Below, in pieces: positions 1 to 8,302 of a DNA stretch of 64,000 bases (positions are counted from its first letter, which is position 1; each line of letters opens with the position of its first letter). This DNA is from Bdellovibrionales bacterium. Lineage in GTDB: Bacteria; Bdellovibrionota; Bdellovibrionia; Bdellovibrionales; UBA1609. The position numbers and the translations under genes are program-made. The stretch is from positions 224,001-288,000 of the forward strand of contig DAHVQG010000001.1 in assembly GCA_027317865.1 (NCBI GenBank), written 5' to 3'. The notes beneath the pieces are model-generated. The model saw only the letters and a list, made by a program, of their open reading frames with translations, searched no databases and was not told the origin of the DNA.

Positions 1-1
1 A

Positions 2-394
2 CTAAGTTTAGCGCAAGAACAACGCGCGGCGATCGATCTCGACGTCCGGGGCTTTGGAGCATTCCCTGAACCGACGCATGCCCGTGTTTTTTGGGCTGGT
101 GTGAGTCGAACACGTGAACTGGTCGAACTTTACGACCGGGGAGTGGCAAAATTTAGTTCGTCAGTGAATGACATGACACCGGCAAACCGCGATGAAGATT
201 CAGGTTTATTTGCGCCTCATCTCACGTTGGCGCGGTTTCGAAATTTGCAGTCGGCCTCGCCCTTGATTGAACCGTTCGCGCGTAAGCGGTTATTCTCATT
301 TCGAATAGATGAAATCATACTCTTTGAATCCGTGCTTGAAGGACATTATCCAAAGTACACGCCACTTACCAGGTTTGCTTTTGCACCAAAGTGA
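2..394 (+). CDS. thpR: RNA 2',3'-cyclic phosphodiesterase (2H family), 5'-truncated by the window edge
   Basis: Frame is open from base 2: GFGAFP..ARVFWAGV followed by the second 2H motif PHLTLAR and the LFESVL...Y tail. Confidence 0.85.
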   Translation, partial: LSLAQEQRAAIDLDVRGFGAFPEPTHARVFWAGVSRTRELVELYDRGVAKFSSSVNDMTPANRDEDSGLFAPHLTLARFRNLQSASPLIEPFARKRLFSFRIDEIILFESVLEGHYPKYTPLTRFAFAPK

Positions 395-465
395 CAATTT
401 GAGGCGTAGTAGTGAAAATTCTTACCGTCGCGCTGGGACGTCTTGTGTGGTAAGTTAGCGCCACG

Positions 466-1206
466 ATGAGAAGAATCGTAACCTCCTTATTTTTGTGGTT
501 GGGCGCCGTTTTCTTGCTGAATTCTTTAACTTCAACTGCATTTGCTCGCGGCCAATACGCGGGCCGAAGGGGCATAACGTCGTCCAATAGAATTTGGCTG
601 GATGGCGGGTTAGACTTCGGAGTTTGGATGAAAAACCCGGGCGTGGTTCATACGCTCGAAAATATCCCGGGTCTTGTGCATCACCATCGAGTGCGACTCA
701 TCGAGGGGTGGAAAATGGGTATGGAGCTGGCGAAGCTACACCCCAATCTTGAGGCGATGTATGCTAAAAGATTTGGTACTGTCGAAAAAAAACTCGAGGA
801 CGATACAGCAACGGCCTACGATCATTTATTACCGAAAAATGAAGTTGCCAAAGGGCTTGAGAAAAATCATGTGCAGGTGAATGAAAATTATGTCGGCTAT
901 TTGCCTCGCACCACTTACCTTTTAAAGGACCCGTACATTTATGACGGCGTTTTGACGTTCACGGTTTCGAGCGTTTGCGTGAAAGGTTCGCAATTTGTGC
1001 CGACTAACCCTTATCTCGCGCCAAACGTTCTCGGCATCCCACCATGCCAGGGCGGCAAAGTTTACTCAGTATATAAAATTGCGCACGTTCATTACGACCC
1101 GTATTGCGTTGATGCTTACGGTTATCGAACTTATTGTACATCACCGGATGAACTAAAAAAGCCAATCTGGATCGATACTATTTATACAGGCGCCGAATCC
1201 GACTGA
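466..1206 (+). CDS. Secreted hypothetical protein
   Basis: 246 aa ORF; signal peptide ending AFA; four C-terminal Cys; no recognised family. Confidence 0.6.
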   Translation: MRRIVTSLFLWLGAVFLLNSLTSTAFARGQYAGRRGITSSNRIWLDGGLDFGVWMKNPGVVHTLENIPGLVHHHRVRLIEGWKMGMELAKLHPNLEAMYAKRFGTVEKKLEDDTATAYDHLLPKNEVAKGLEKNHVQVNENYVGYLPRTTYLLKDPYIYDGVLTFTVSSVCVKGSQFVPTNPYLAPNVLGIPPCQGGKVYSVYKIAHVHYDPYCVDAYGYRTYCTSPDELKKPIWIDTIYTGAESD

Positions 1207-1239
1207 ATTCGACCCACCACAACTGACCGCCAACTTGCG

Positions 1240-1548
1240 CTACTTTACCATCTCTTTAAGTTCGCCGGACTGGTACATCTCCATCATGATATCGCTGCCG
1301 CCTACCAATTCTTTATTTACGTACAGTTGCGGAATGGTCGGCCAGTTACCGAATTCTTTTATCCCCTGACGAATTTCTTCGTCGTCGAGCACGTTAACGC
1401 TTTGAAATTGTGCGCCGAGTTCTTGCAGTATGGCGACCGCTCGAGCTGAAAATCCGCACTGCGGAAAGGCCGGCGTACCTTTCATAAATAATACAATGTG
1501 GTTTGCGGATAAGATCGACTCAATTTTTGATTTTGTGCTGACTTCCAT
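1240..1548 (-). CDS. grxD: Grx4-family monothiol glutaredoxin
   Basis: FMKGTP..PQCGFS, WPTIPQLYV and GGSDI motifs; GGGAGA RBS upstream. Confidence 0.95.
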   Translation of the reverse strand: MEVSTKSKIESILSANHIVLFMKGTPAFPQCGFSARAVAILQELGAQFQSVNVLDDEEIRQGIKEFGNWPTIPQLYVNKELVGGSDIMMEMYQSGELKEMVK

Positions 1549-1604
1549 TTTTAAATTCTCCCATGTAAAGTCTTGAGTTTTCGACTCAAGGTAAATTGTT
1601 AAAA

Positions 1605-1760
1605 AATAACAGATGACTATTAACCTCCCATTCGAGGTCTTCGTCTTTCGACTGAAGCCCCACCATTCCGGTTCAATAACAAGCGGCCCAATCTCCTTAA
1701 GCGGTCATAGTGACCAGATTTTAATTGCGGGCTTACCTGCTAAACTTGACCATCTGTGTG
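1605..1760 (-). ncRNA. Predicted bridge/seek RNA of the IS
   Basis: Closing stem ACAGATG/CATCTGT (1609-1615, 1751-1757) encloses two stem-internal loop-hairpin modules whose loop strands match the target and donor flanks. Confidence 0.75.
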
Positions 1761-1800
1761 AACTTCAATCTTTTTCTGTTCTTCATTCCTTTCAAAAAAA

Positions 1801-2829
1801 CTATGCTGCTTTTAATAGCGAGGGCTTATATACGCTCTCGCTCTTCCAAACAGCATAAACTACAGTCAGAAGTTTACGGCTAAGCGCGATTAACGCTCGC
1901 TTTTTGCCGCGTCTTCGTTCAATTCGATTAAAAAATTCTTGCAGCGGCCGCGCCGACGCTGTCTTCATTCGCACCACAGCATGGGCGCATTGTATGAGTG
2001 CTCGCCGCATCTCTTTGCGGCCGGCCCTGGTTACTGAGCCCATTCGACATTCGTCGCCACTTTGGTAAATCGTTGGCGTCAATGCACCGTAATTTGCAAC
2101 GGCTTTGCTATTTTCAAAACGATCCGCGTCAGCAATGGCACCAAAAAGTATTCGTGACGTCAGCTTGCCAATTCCTGGGATGGTCTCTATCCGCTCAATC
2201 ACCACGTCTTCAATCGTCATGATTTCGTTGGCAATTGATTTTTCGCTCTCAACCAGACATTCAATTGCGTGCATAAAGCCGGCAACAATGGCTTCAGTTG
2301 AAGACGATAATTTCATTTCGCAAAGTTGTACCTGCCAATCGTTGGCTTTAAAAAATGCCAACGGCAATTTTTGACCTTCTTGGCGCAAAAATCCACGAAG
2401 CGAGTTCATAAGCGATACACGCTTTCGAAGTAACGTCTCTCGCGCATTTGTAAGTTCGCGTAAAGTTCTCGTTTTACCTTCAGCCATGTGAACTTTGCGC
2501 GGCAACATATCGGCACGCGCGAGCTCTGCCAGTTTCTTGGCGTCAACTTGATCCGTCTTTTTACCACCGCTTTCGGCAATCCATTTCACTTCGTTAGGGT
2601 GAACGATATGAATGTCTTCACCAAGCTTTTTGAAATAATCGGCAATCCACTTCATTTGATTCCCAGCCTCGAATACAAAAAGCTTCGATTCGATGCCAAA
2701 AATGGCGATTAGGTCGCGAATGCCCTTCTTCGTCGGACTAACTGAACCTTTAAATAAAACTTTTTTCTTGTCGTTAAGCGCGTGAACGACAAAATCCTTG
2801 CCTGAGATATCCATTCCTACGTAAATCAT
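1801..2829 (-). CDS. IS110-family DEDD recombinase/transposase
   Basis: YVGMDIS, VFEAG, KKTDQVDA (DEDD intact), IPGIG, GALTP..YQSG (catalytic Ser); ATG at 2829 with AGGGG RBS; frame stays open upstream to GTG 2967. Confidence 0.95.
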   Translation of the reverse strand: MIYVGMDISGKDFVVHALNDKKKVLFKGSVSPTKKGIRDLIAIFGIESKLFVFEAGNQMKWIADYFKKLGEDIHIVHPNEVKWIAESGGKKTDQVDAKKLAELARADMLPRKVHMAEGKTRTLRELTNARETLLRKRVSLMNSLRGFLRQEGQKLPLAFFKANDWQVQLCEMKLSSSTEAIVAGFMHAIECLVESEKSIANEIMTIEDVVIERIETIPGIGKLTSRILFGAIADADRFENSKAVANYGALTPTIYQSGDECRMGSVTRAGRKEMRRALIQCAHAVVRMKTASARPLQEFFNRIERRRGKKRALIALSRKLLTVVYAVWKSESVYKPSLLKAA

Positions 2830-3032
2830 TTTTGACCCCTTTGGTTTGTTGTTGGTAAACAACCAAGAGTCGAAAACGCGACTTAACGTCAACTTTAGAC
2901 TCACGGGGTCTTTTCTTTTTTCAGAGCTGGCCGATCGAAAATCGGCAGCAAAAAGACTTTGCGTCACTTTGCACCACCTTTCTTCGTCTCATAGCTCATG
3001 GAATCTCCTTTAGAATCGTTAATTCGATTTAT

Positions 3033-3263
3033 TTATTTTTTCAACAGGGTTTTAATTTGTAGCGCATGAACTTCGCCGGATTTGAATTCTGAAGAAAATA
3101 AATCCATTATCATCTTGTGCTGTTCGATTCGCGTTTTGTTTAGAAATGAACGCGATGAAACACGCACGTCAAAATGATCATTCGTCCCGGTTGTGTCGAT
3201 CACGGCCACGTCGCAATCGGCCAATGCGGTTTTGATTCGTTTTTCAATTTGTTCAGCCGTCAT
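3033..3263 (-). CDS. bolA: BolA family protein
   Basis: DHFDVRVSS..F..KTRIEQHKMI..EVHALQIKT; start MTAEQI; classic partner of grxD. Confidence 0.9.
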   Translation of the reverse strand: MTAEQIEKRIKTALADCDVAVIDTTGTNDHFDVRVSSRSFLNKTRIEQHKMIMDLFSSEFKSGEVHALQIKTLLKK

Positions 3264-3331
3264 GACTGACCCATATAGCATGCGGGTGAGGTCTATACAG
3301 TTTTGACAAATTGTGTTATGTTGATAAATCC

Positions 3332-3664
3332 ATGCACGAACCGTTAACTGATCCCCAAATTTTGTACTTTTCACCCGCTGACGAAACGCACGTCAGGCGA
3401 GAAAAGGCGCGCGCGCGTGAACTGCGGCAGTCGCAGTGGTGGCGTAACCAAATCGGCCGGGGAGTTTGCCACTACTGTGGAAATAAGTTCGAAAAGGCGC
3501 AATTGACGATGGATCACGTCGTGCCGATTGTTCGCGGCGGCCGTTCGACAAAAGCAAATGTCGTGGTGGCTTGCAAAGAATGTAATTCGCATAAAAAATA
3601 TTGGACTCCAGTGGAACTGGAGCTCATGTCGCGGAACTCCGTCTTGGAGACGGAGAAAAATTAA
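3332..3664 (+). CDS. HNH endonuclease
   Basis: CHYCG, LTMDHVVP..RGG..N.VVACKECN. Confidence 0.9.
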   Translation: MHEPLTDPQILYFSPADETHVRREKARARELRQSQWWRNQIGRGVCHYCGNKFEKAQLTMDHVVPIVRGGRSTKANVVVACKECNSHKKYWTPVELELMSRNSVLETEKN

Positions 3665-3720
3665 TTGCGTTTTCAGCCACCATAGTCGTACCGTAATGAT
3701 CACAGTCTCAAGGAACAGCA

Positions 3721-5430
3721 ATGACAACAAAGCTAACTCAACATAGTACGGCGGAGTATTTCGCAAAAAATCTTCAACAGGTGGGTTTTTCGTCACCGGT
3801 CAAGGCGGTTTTAACGACGCTGAAAGAAGCCGTCGATAATTCGCTTGATGCTTGCGAAGACGCGGCTATCTTGCCCGAGCTTGAAGTAATTATTCGCAAA
3901 ATCGGTCAAGGCTCGGCTCGGAATACCGAGCTTGTTGAAGTCATTGTTGATGATAACGGTCCCGGCATTGATGCGGACGATCTGCCTAGCGTATTCGGCG
4001 AATATTTGTCGTCTTCAAAATTCGGCCGAGGGCGTTGTTCGCGCGGTCAGCAAGGTATTGGGATTTCAGCCGCTACAACCTGGGCCCAGCTCACTAATGC
4101 CGCAGGCGTTCGCGTGATCAGCAAAACAAAAAACATGCGAAAGGCGATAAAAGAGCAAATCGACGTCGATATTAAAGCCAACAAAGGGCTTGTGAAAAAT
4201 AAAGAGACCATTGATTGGGATCGTCCGCATGGGACACGTGTAGAGTTTCGAATCGATGGTCGCGTACAACTTAACGGCGATGGCGGGCTTTTGACTTATC
4301 TCGAAGGCACAACCCTTGTGAACCCGCATATGACGTTAAAATATAAACTTCTTGATAATGATCCTGTTGAAGTGATTCGTGTGAGTAATGCGGTGCCTGA
4401 AGTTCCGCCGCCCACGCTCCCGCATCCGCACACGATGAAACTCGGTGAGTTTATGACTCACGCCCACCTTTACGGTAAAGTGACGCTCGATAATTTTTTA
4501 CGCAAGGGCTTTTCGCGAGTTGCCGATGAAGCGATCAAGGGTTTCGTCAAAAACGGTTTGCCGAAATCATTTTTAAGTAAACCTGTAACGGGTTTGTCAG
4601 AAGCCGATTATAAAACCGCGTTTCAGGCTATTCAGGCAAGCGAGTTGCAGAATCCGTCGACTCGATCGGTAATGATTGTCGGTGAAGAAGCGCTGTCTAA
4701 GAGTATTCAACGTTTGGGCGAAATTGATTTCTTTTCAGTGGTGACCCGCAAACCGCGAATTTGTGACTACAAGCCCGTCGCAGTCGAAGTGGCGATTGCG
4801 CGATTTGTAAAGAAAGTAAATTTGGGGGACGAAACCGATCCTATTCAGCTTTTGCGATTTGCCAATCGTGTGCCTTTGCAGTTCGACAAAGCCGCCTGCG
4901 CCATAACCCAAGCAGTTGAATCGGTGAATTGGCGCGCTTACGGTCTTCAACAGTCAAAGAGTAATTTGCCTTTGGGGCCATACGTTTTTGCGATCAGCGT
5001 TGTCTCACCCTTTATAAAATTCAAAAACGCTTCAAAAGAAACCATCGACGCAAGCGATGAGTTGGTTGAAGAAATTCGCCGCGCGCTCATGCAGGCGGGG
5101 CAAAAATTATCGCGTCACATTAAACGCGAGGTGCGCGCCGCCGACCTGGAACGCAAGCTTCAGCACATTGAAAAATTCGGTCCCATTTTGGTGGAGGCAC
5201 TCGGTAAAATCGTGAACGCACCCAAAGCGAGAATCAAGCGGGCCGAAGAGGGCCTTGCGAAGCTCTTGGGACGCGACGGACGTGAAGCCGAAAAAGAATT
5301 GGCCGAAGCCGAAACCCAATTAGAAAAAGTGAAAGCCAAGCAAGAAGCAGTCGTCAGAGAAGGGGCCAGCGGATCTACTGACGAGACCAAAGAACCACTT
5401 AAAGCGAATCAATCCGAAACGAAAGAGTGA
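3721..5430 (+). CDS. top6B: DNA topoisomerase VI subunit B
   Basis: GHKL motifs KEAVDNSLDA, DDNGPGI, SRGQQGIGISAA; transducer motifs RFANRVPL and FKNASKETI. Confidence 0.95.
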   Translation: MTTKLTQHSTAEYFAKNLQQVGFSSPVKAVLTTLKEAVDNSLDACEDAAILPELEVIIRKIGQGSARNTELVEVIVDDNGPGIDADDLPSVFGEYLSSSKFGRGRCSRGQQGIGISAATTWAQLTNAAGVRVISKTKNMRKAIKEQIDVDIKANKGLVKNKETIDWDRPHGTRVEFRIDGRVQLNGDGGLLTYLEGTTLVNPHMTLKYKLLDNDPVEVIRVSNAVPEVPPPTLPHPHTMKLGEFMTHAHLYGKVTLDNFLRKGFSRVADEAIKGFVKNGLPKSFLSKPVTGLSEADYKTAFQAIQASELQNPSTRSVMIVGEEALSKSIQRLGEIDFFSVVTRKPRICDYKPVAVEVAIARFVKKVNLGDETDPIQLLRFANRVPLQFDKAACAITQAVESVNWRAYGLQQSKSNLPLGPYVFAISVVSPFIKFKNASKETIDASDELVEEIRRALMQAGQKLSRHIKREVRAADLERKLQHIEKFGPILVEALGKIVNAPKARIKRAEEGLAKLLGRDGREAEKELAEAETQLEKVKAKQEAVVREGASGSTDETKEPLKANQSETKE

Positions 5431-6599
5431 TATTTATGGCGGCACCAGAAACTCTGCGAAAATCCAGTAAAGATATTCCGAAGATCGCAAACAAAATTTG
5501 CGACGATATGCTGAAGGATCTTGAGCATGCCAAACGCCCGCTGCTCGAAGCCGTCAAGTGCTCGCTGGATAACAGCTTTTACGATCCCAAAGTTGGCTAT
5601 CTCACGCCAGGTAAAAAGAAAGTTGCGACTGAACTCAACGTTTCGTCCGTACAAAAAATGGCTCGCACCGTATTTTTTCTCGATATTTTACTCAACAATA
5701 TCAGAACCGGGGGCGTGAACACCAAGCGCGAACTTTATTATATGGCAAAGGGCTTAATTAAATCCGACTCGCACCTCAAGCCGCTTGATTTCGACGATCA
5801 ACCCGAAAGTGACGCGATAATCGAATTCATTTGCGATATGCTCATGGTCTATCGCGAAGAGATGAACTGTTTTGCTAACGATCGCGGCGGTCAAACTTAC
5901 TCGAAACAACTTGTCGTGACGGAACACTTGCCAGACGGCACACGGGCTGAAGTTGATTTGGGTTCTTTGGGTACAACGCCCTTTCAGCCTAAAAACAAAC
6001 CGCAAGTGTTTAAGCTTAAAACTAAAGGCAAAATTGATTTTTGTTTGATTATTGAATCTGAAGGTACGGCGAATACGCTTGTATCGAACGGATTTACAAA
6101 ACGATATAAATCAATTTTAGTTGGTGCCCAGGGCGTGCCCAGTAACGGCGTGCGCGGTTGGGTGAGGACGATTCAAGATCAGCTTAAAATCCCGTGCTTT
6201 TTTTACGGCGATCTCGACGCGTATACGCTGCAAAATATTTTTAGAACACTCAAGGCGGGCTCGGCCGCGTCACTAATTCGTAACAGTGAGTTCAGTGCGC
6301 CTGACGTGCGGTTTTTAGGTGTGCTCCCAGAGGATGTCAAAAAATACGACCTTCACTGTTACCCTGTTTCTGAGAAAAATCCGGCTGAAGCACGTTCGCT
6401 TAAAAAAGCGCGCGACGTTTTGCAAAATGATCCGTTTTTTCAAGATAGGCGTAATAAAAAATTGGCCGACATTTTGAACTGGCTCCTTAAAAATAAAGTG
6501 CGTTGCGAGCAACAGGCGATTTTTTCGGTTAACCCGAAAGATCCCACGATGCCCGAGAAAATCATCGTAGAAAAAATTAAACGCGGCTCGTTTGTCTAA
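5427..6599 (+). CDS. top6A: DNA topoisomerase VI subunit A (Spo11-like)
   Basis: KRELYY (catalytic Tyr), IIESE, QGVPS and GDLD Toprim motifs; overlaps top6B stop (alternative ATG 5436). Confidence 0.92.
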   Translation: MIFMAAPETLRKSSKDIPKIANKICDDMLKDLEHAKRPLLEAVKCSLDNSFYDPKVGYLTPGKKKVATELNVSSVQKMARTVFFLDILLNNIRTGGVNTKRELYYMAKGLIKSDSHLKPLDFDDQPESDAIIEFICDMLMVYREEMNCFANDRGGQTYSKQLVVTEHLPDGTRAEVDLGSLGTTPFQPKNKPQVFKLKTKGKIDFCLIIESEGTANTLVSNGFTKRYKSILVGAQGVPSNGVRGWVRTIQDQLKIPCFFYGDLDAYTLQNIFRTLKAGSAASLIRNSEFSAPDVRFLGVLPEDVKKYDLHCYPVSEKNPAEARSLKKARDVLQNDPFFQDRRNKKLADILNWLLKNKVRCEQQAIFSVNPKDPTMPEKIIVEKIKRGSFV

Positions 6600-6626
6600 C
6601 GGTTATTTTTGTTTGCTGTTTGAATT

Positions 6627-7139
6627 TTAATTCCAAGGCGAAAAAACAGCTCTTAAACCAGACGGCGTATTAAGTGTAATAGAACCGCCGGCATCGGGCG
6701 GGGTGTAGAGCATCTCCGGCTGAAAAGTGAAATATTTATTGAGCTGGCCGCTACACTCGGTCGGCTGTATACCGATGTTCGTGATCGATACGGCGTTGTC
6801 CGTACCCCATTGGACTTGGGCTCCGTAATTGGCGGTCAAAATGCTGCCGTTGTAAGTGCATATGAAAGTTCCCGAAATTTCTGATTCACTCGTAAGCGTC
6901 AAGGTCTGATCACCCGCAGTAACCGAGCCGTCCCATTGAGGTGCATTATTAACATAAGTGAGTGTATAGGTTCGACCGATGTATAACTTCATAAGTGAGG
7001 ATTGGCCCTTAACAATGAGTTGCCCGGCGGTGTTTTTACCGCAGCTCGTAAGCGAAATGGCGAGCGTAACTAAAAAAAACGGCAAAAATAGTTTGAGTGC
7101 TGTGGATTTTTTTGTGAGCGTGGTGGCAGGGACTTTCAT
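6627..7139 (-). CDS. Hypothetical lipoprotein
   Basis: Hydrophobic leader with lipobox LTSC. Confidence 0.65.
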   Translation of the reverse strand: MKVPATTLTKKSTALKLFLPFFLVTLAISLTSCGKNTAGQLIVKGQSSLMKLYIGRTYTLTYVNNAPQWDGSVTAGDQTLTLTSESEISGTFICTYNGSILTANYGAQVQWGTDNAVSITNIGIQPTECSGQLNKYFTFQPEMLYTPPDAGGSITLNTPSGLRAVFSPWN

Positions 7140-7248
7140 AAATTTGAACCTCCGTGTTCAATTTAACTGTAAAGATGAGTCTGACCGGTCGTCAACAGGG
7201 TAAATCTTGACGTCAATTTACTTGCTAAGCTTTGCGTAAATTGATTAT

Positions 7249-8196
7249 TTGCCTTCAATTATGTCAACTGTGTCAGGCCAAAAATGCGCCGTTGTGAATT
7301 TAATCGTTATAGGCGCGGCCATTTACGTGTCGATATTTTTCAGTTTTTCCGCTACGGCAATACCCATCACGAACCCCGTCACGACCAGTTTGAGCAATCA
7401 AGGTGAACAAGTCTTGTTGGCGCGCATTCAGCTACAAGCCTATCGAAATGAGTTAGAGAAAAATGGCATCAGTCAAAAAATGGGATTGGGTCGCGTTCTC
7501 GGGTCCGAAGAGCTAAGCCATTACAACGGCTATATTACTTATTTTGAACTGTCGTTACGAGAAATGGCGGTGAACACTTTAAATTTTGGCCGACTTCTTT
7601 TCACCAACAAAGAGACTAGACTTCTGCGTGAGTGGCGAGAGCAAATTGCGGAACTCGATCATACCCTTGCCGCATTGAATGTTGTTTATCGCCTCATGGC
7701 CGATCGTGGAGTCTCCGTTCAGGGCGCATTCGCAATTGTGAATTCCGAACCGCGTTTTCAACCTATCCGCTCGTGGTGCGATCAACTTGCACAGAGCGCA
7801 TGGGCGCTGGCGGTTATGAATCGTGAAAAGCTGCCAATGCGCCCTCTGCAACCCGGTGATTTTGGGTTAAATTTTACTACAAATTTTGTAAATGAAGATT
7901 GGCGAGCCCTATTGGCCGGGCAAGTCAGCATTGCCAACGTTTATATCTTTTGGCGTGGGGCTGAAATGGTCTCAATTTTTGGAAAATCTGGTTTAGGAAT
8001 TAAAATCGCGGAACACTTACGGCTCAGCAAGCTCATTGAGGGCATAAATTTGCTCCCCCCGGTTATGCAAAAACCAGCCCTTTGGATTCTTTACGAAACC
8101 GCTGACGGTTGTACAATCCGGTACTTTCAAACGGCTTATATTGGATTTCATGAAGCCAATTGGCAGAGCCTGAAACGGGTAACGACCCAATCGTAA
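7249..8196 (+). CDS. Hypothetical exported protein (start uncertain)
   Basis: 315 aa ORF with N-terminal hydrophobic segment ending ATA. Confidence 0.55.
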   Translation: MPSIMSTVSGQKCAVVNLIVIGAAIYVSIFFSFSATAIPITNPVTTSLSNQGEQVLLARIQLQAYRNELEKNGISQKMGLGRVLGSEELSHYNGYITYFELSLREMAVNTLNFGRLLFTNKETRLLREWREQIAELDHTLAALNVVYRLMADRGVSVQGAFAIVNSEPRFQPIRSWCDQLAQSAWALAVMNREKLPMRPLQPGDFGLNFTTNFVNEDWRALLAGQVSIANVYIFWRGAEMVSIFGKSGLGIKIAEHLRLSKLIEGINLLPPVMQKPALWILYETADGCTIRYFQTAYIGFHEANWQSLKRVTTQS

Positions 8197-8302
8197 AAAA
8201 ATTATAAAAAATCGAAACGTACTGCGAAGCGATTGACCGCCGCTTTGGTAACTGGTGAGTTGTGCGTCAAGCGGGACATCCACATCCGTTCAGGGAGCTA
8301 CC

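Larger units (their letters stand above)
1558..3006 (-). mobile_element. IS110-superfamily (IS1111-type) insertion sequence inserted in the grxD RBS
   Basis: Interrupts bolA-grxD; TCTCC at both boundaries (1557-1561, 3004-3008); excision restores AAAGGAGA-atttaaaa-ATG for grxD; structured 3' non-coding region. Confidence 0.85.

Noticed and set aside
1613-1858. 81-aa plus-strand ORF in the IS 3' end
   Set aside because: No recognisable protein features; antisense to the structured RNA region
2926-2949. Hairpin as a Rho-independent terminator
   Set aside because: No U-tract follows it on either strand
1562-3000. CATG at both IS ends as the recombination core
   Set aside because: The TCTCC/CT core restores a clean single grxD RBS and fits all four RNA guides; CATG leaves a doubled RBS and does not fit the guides
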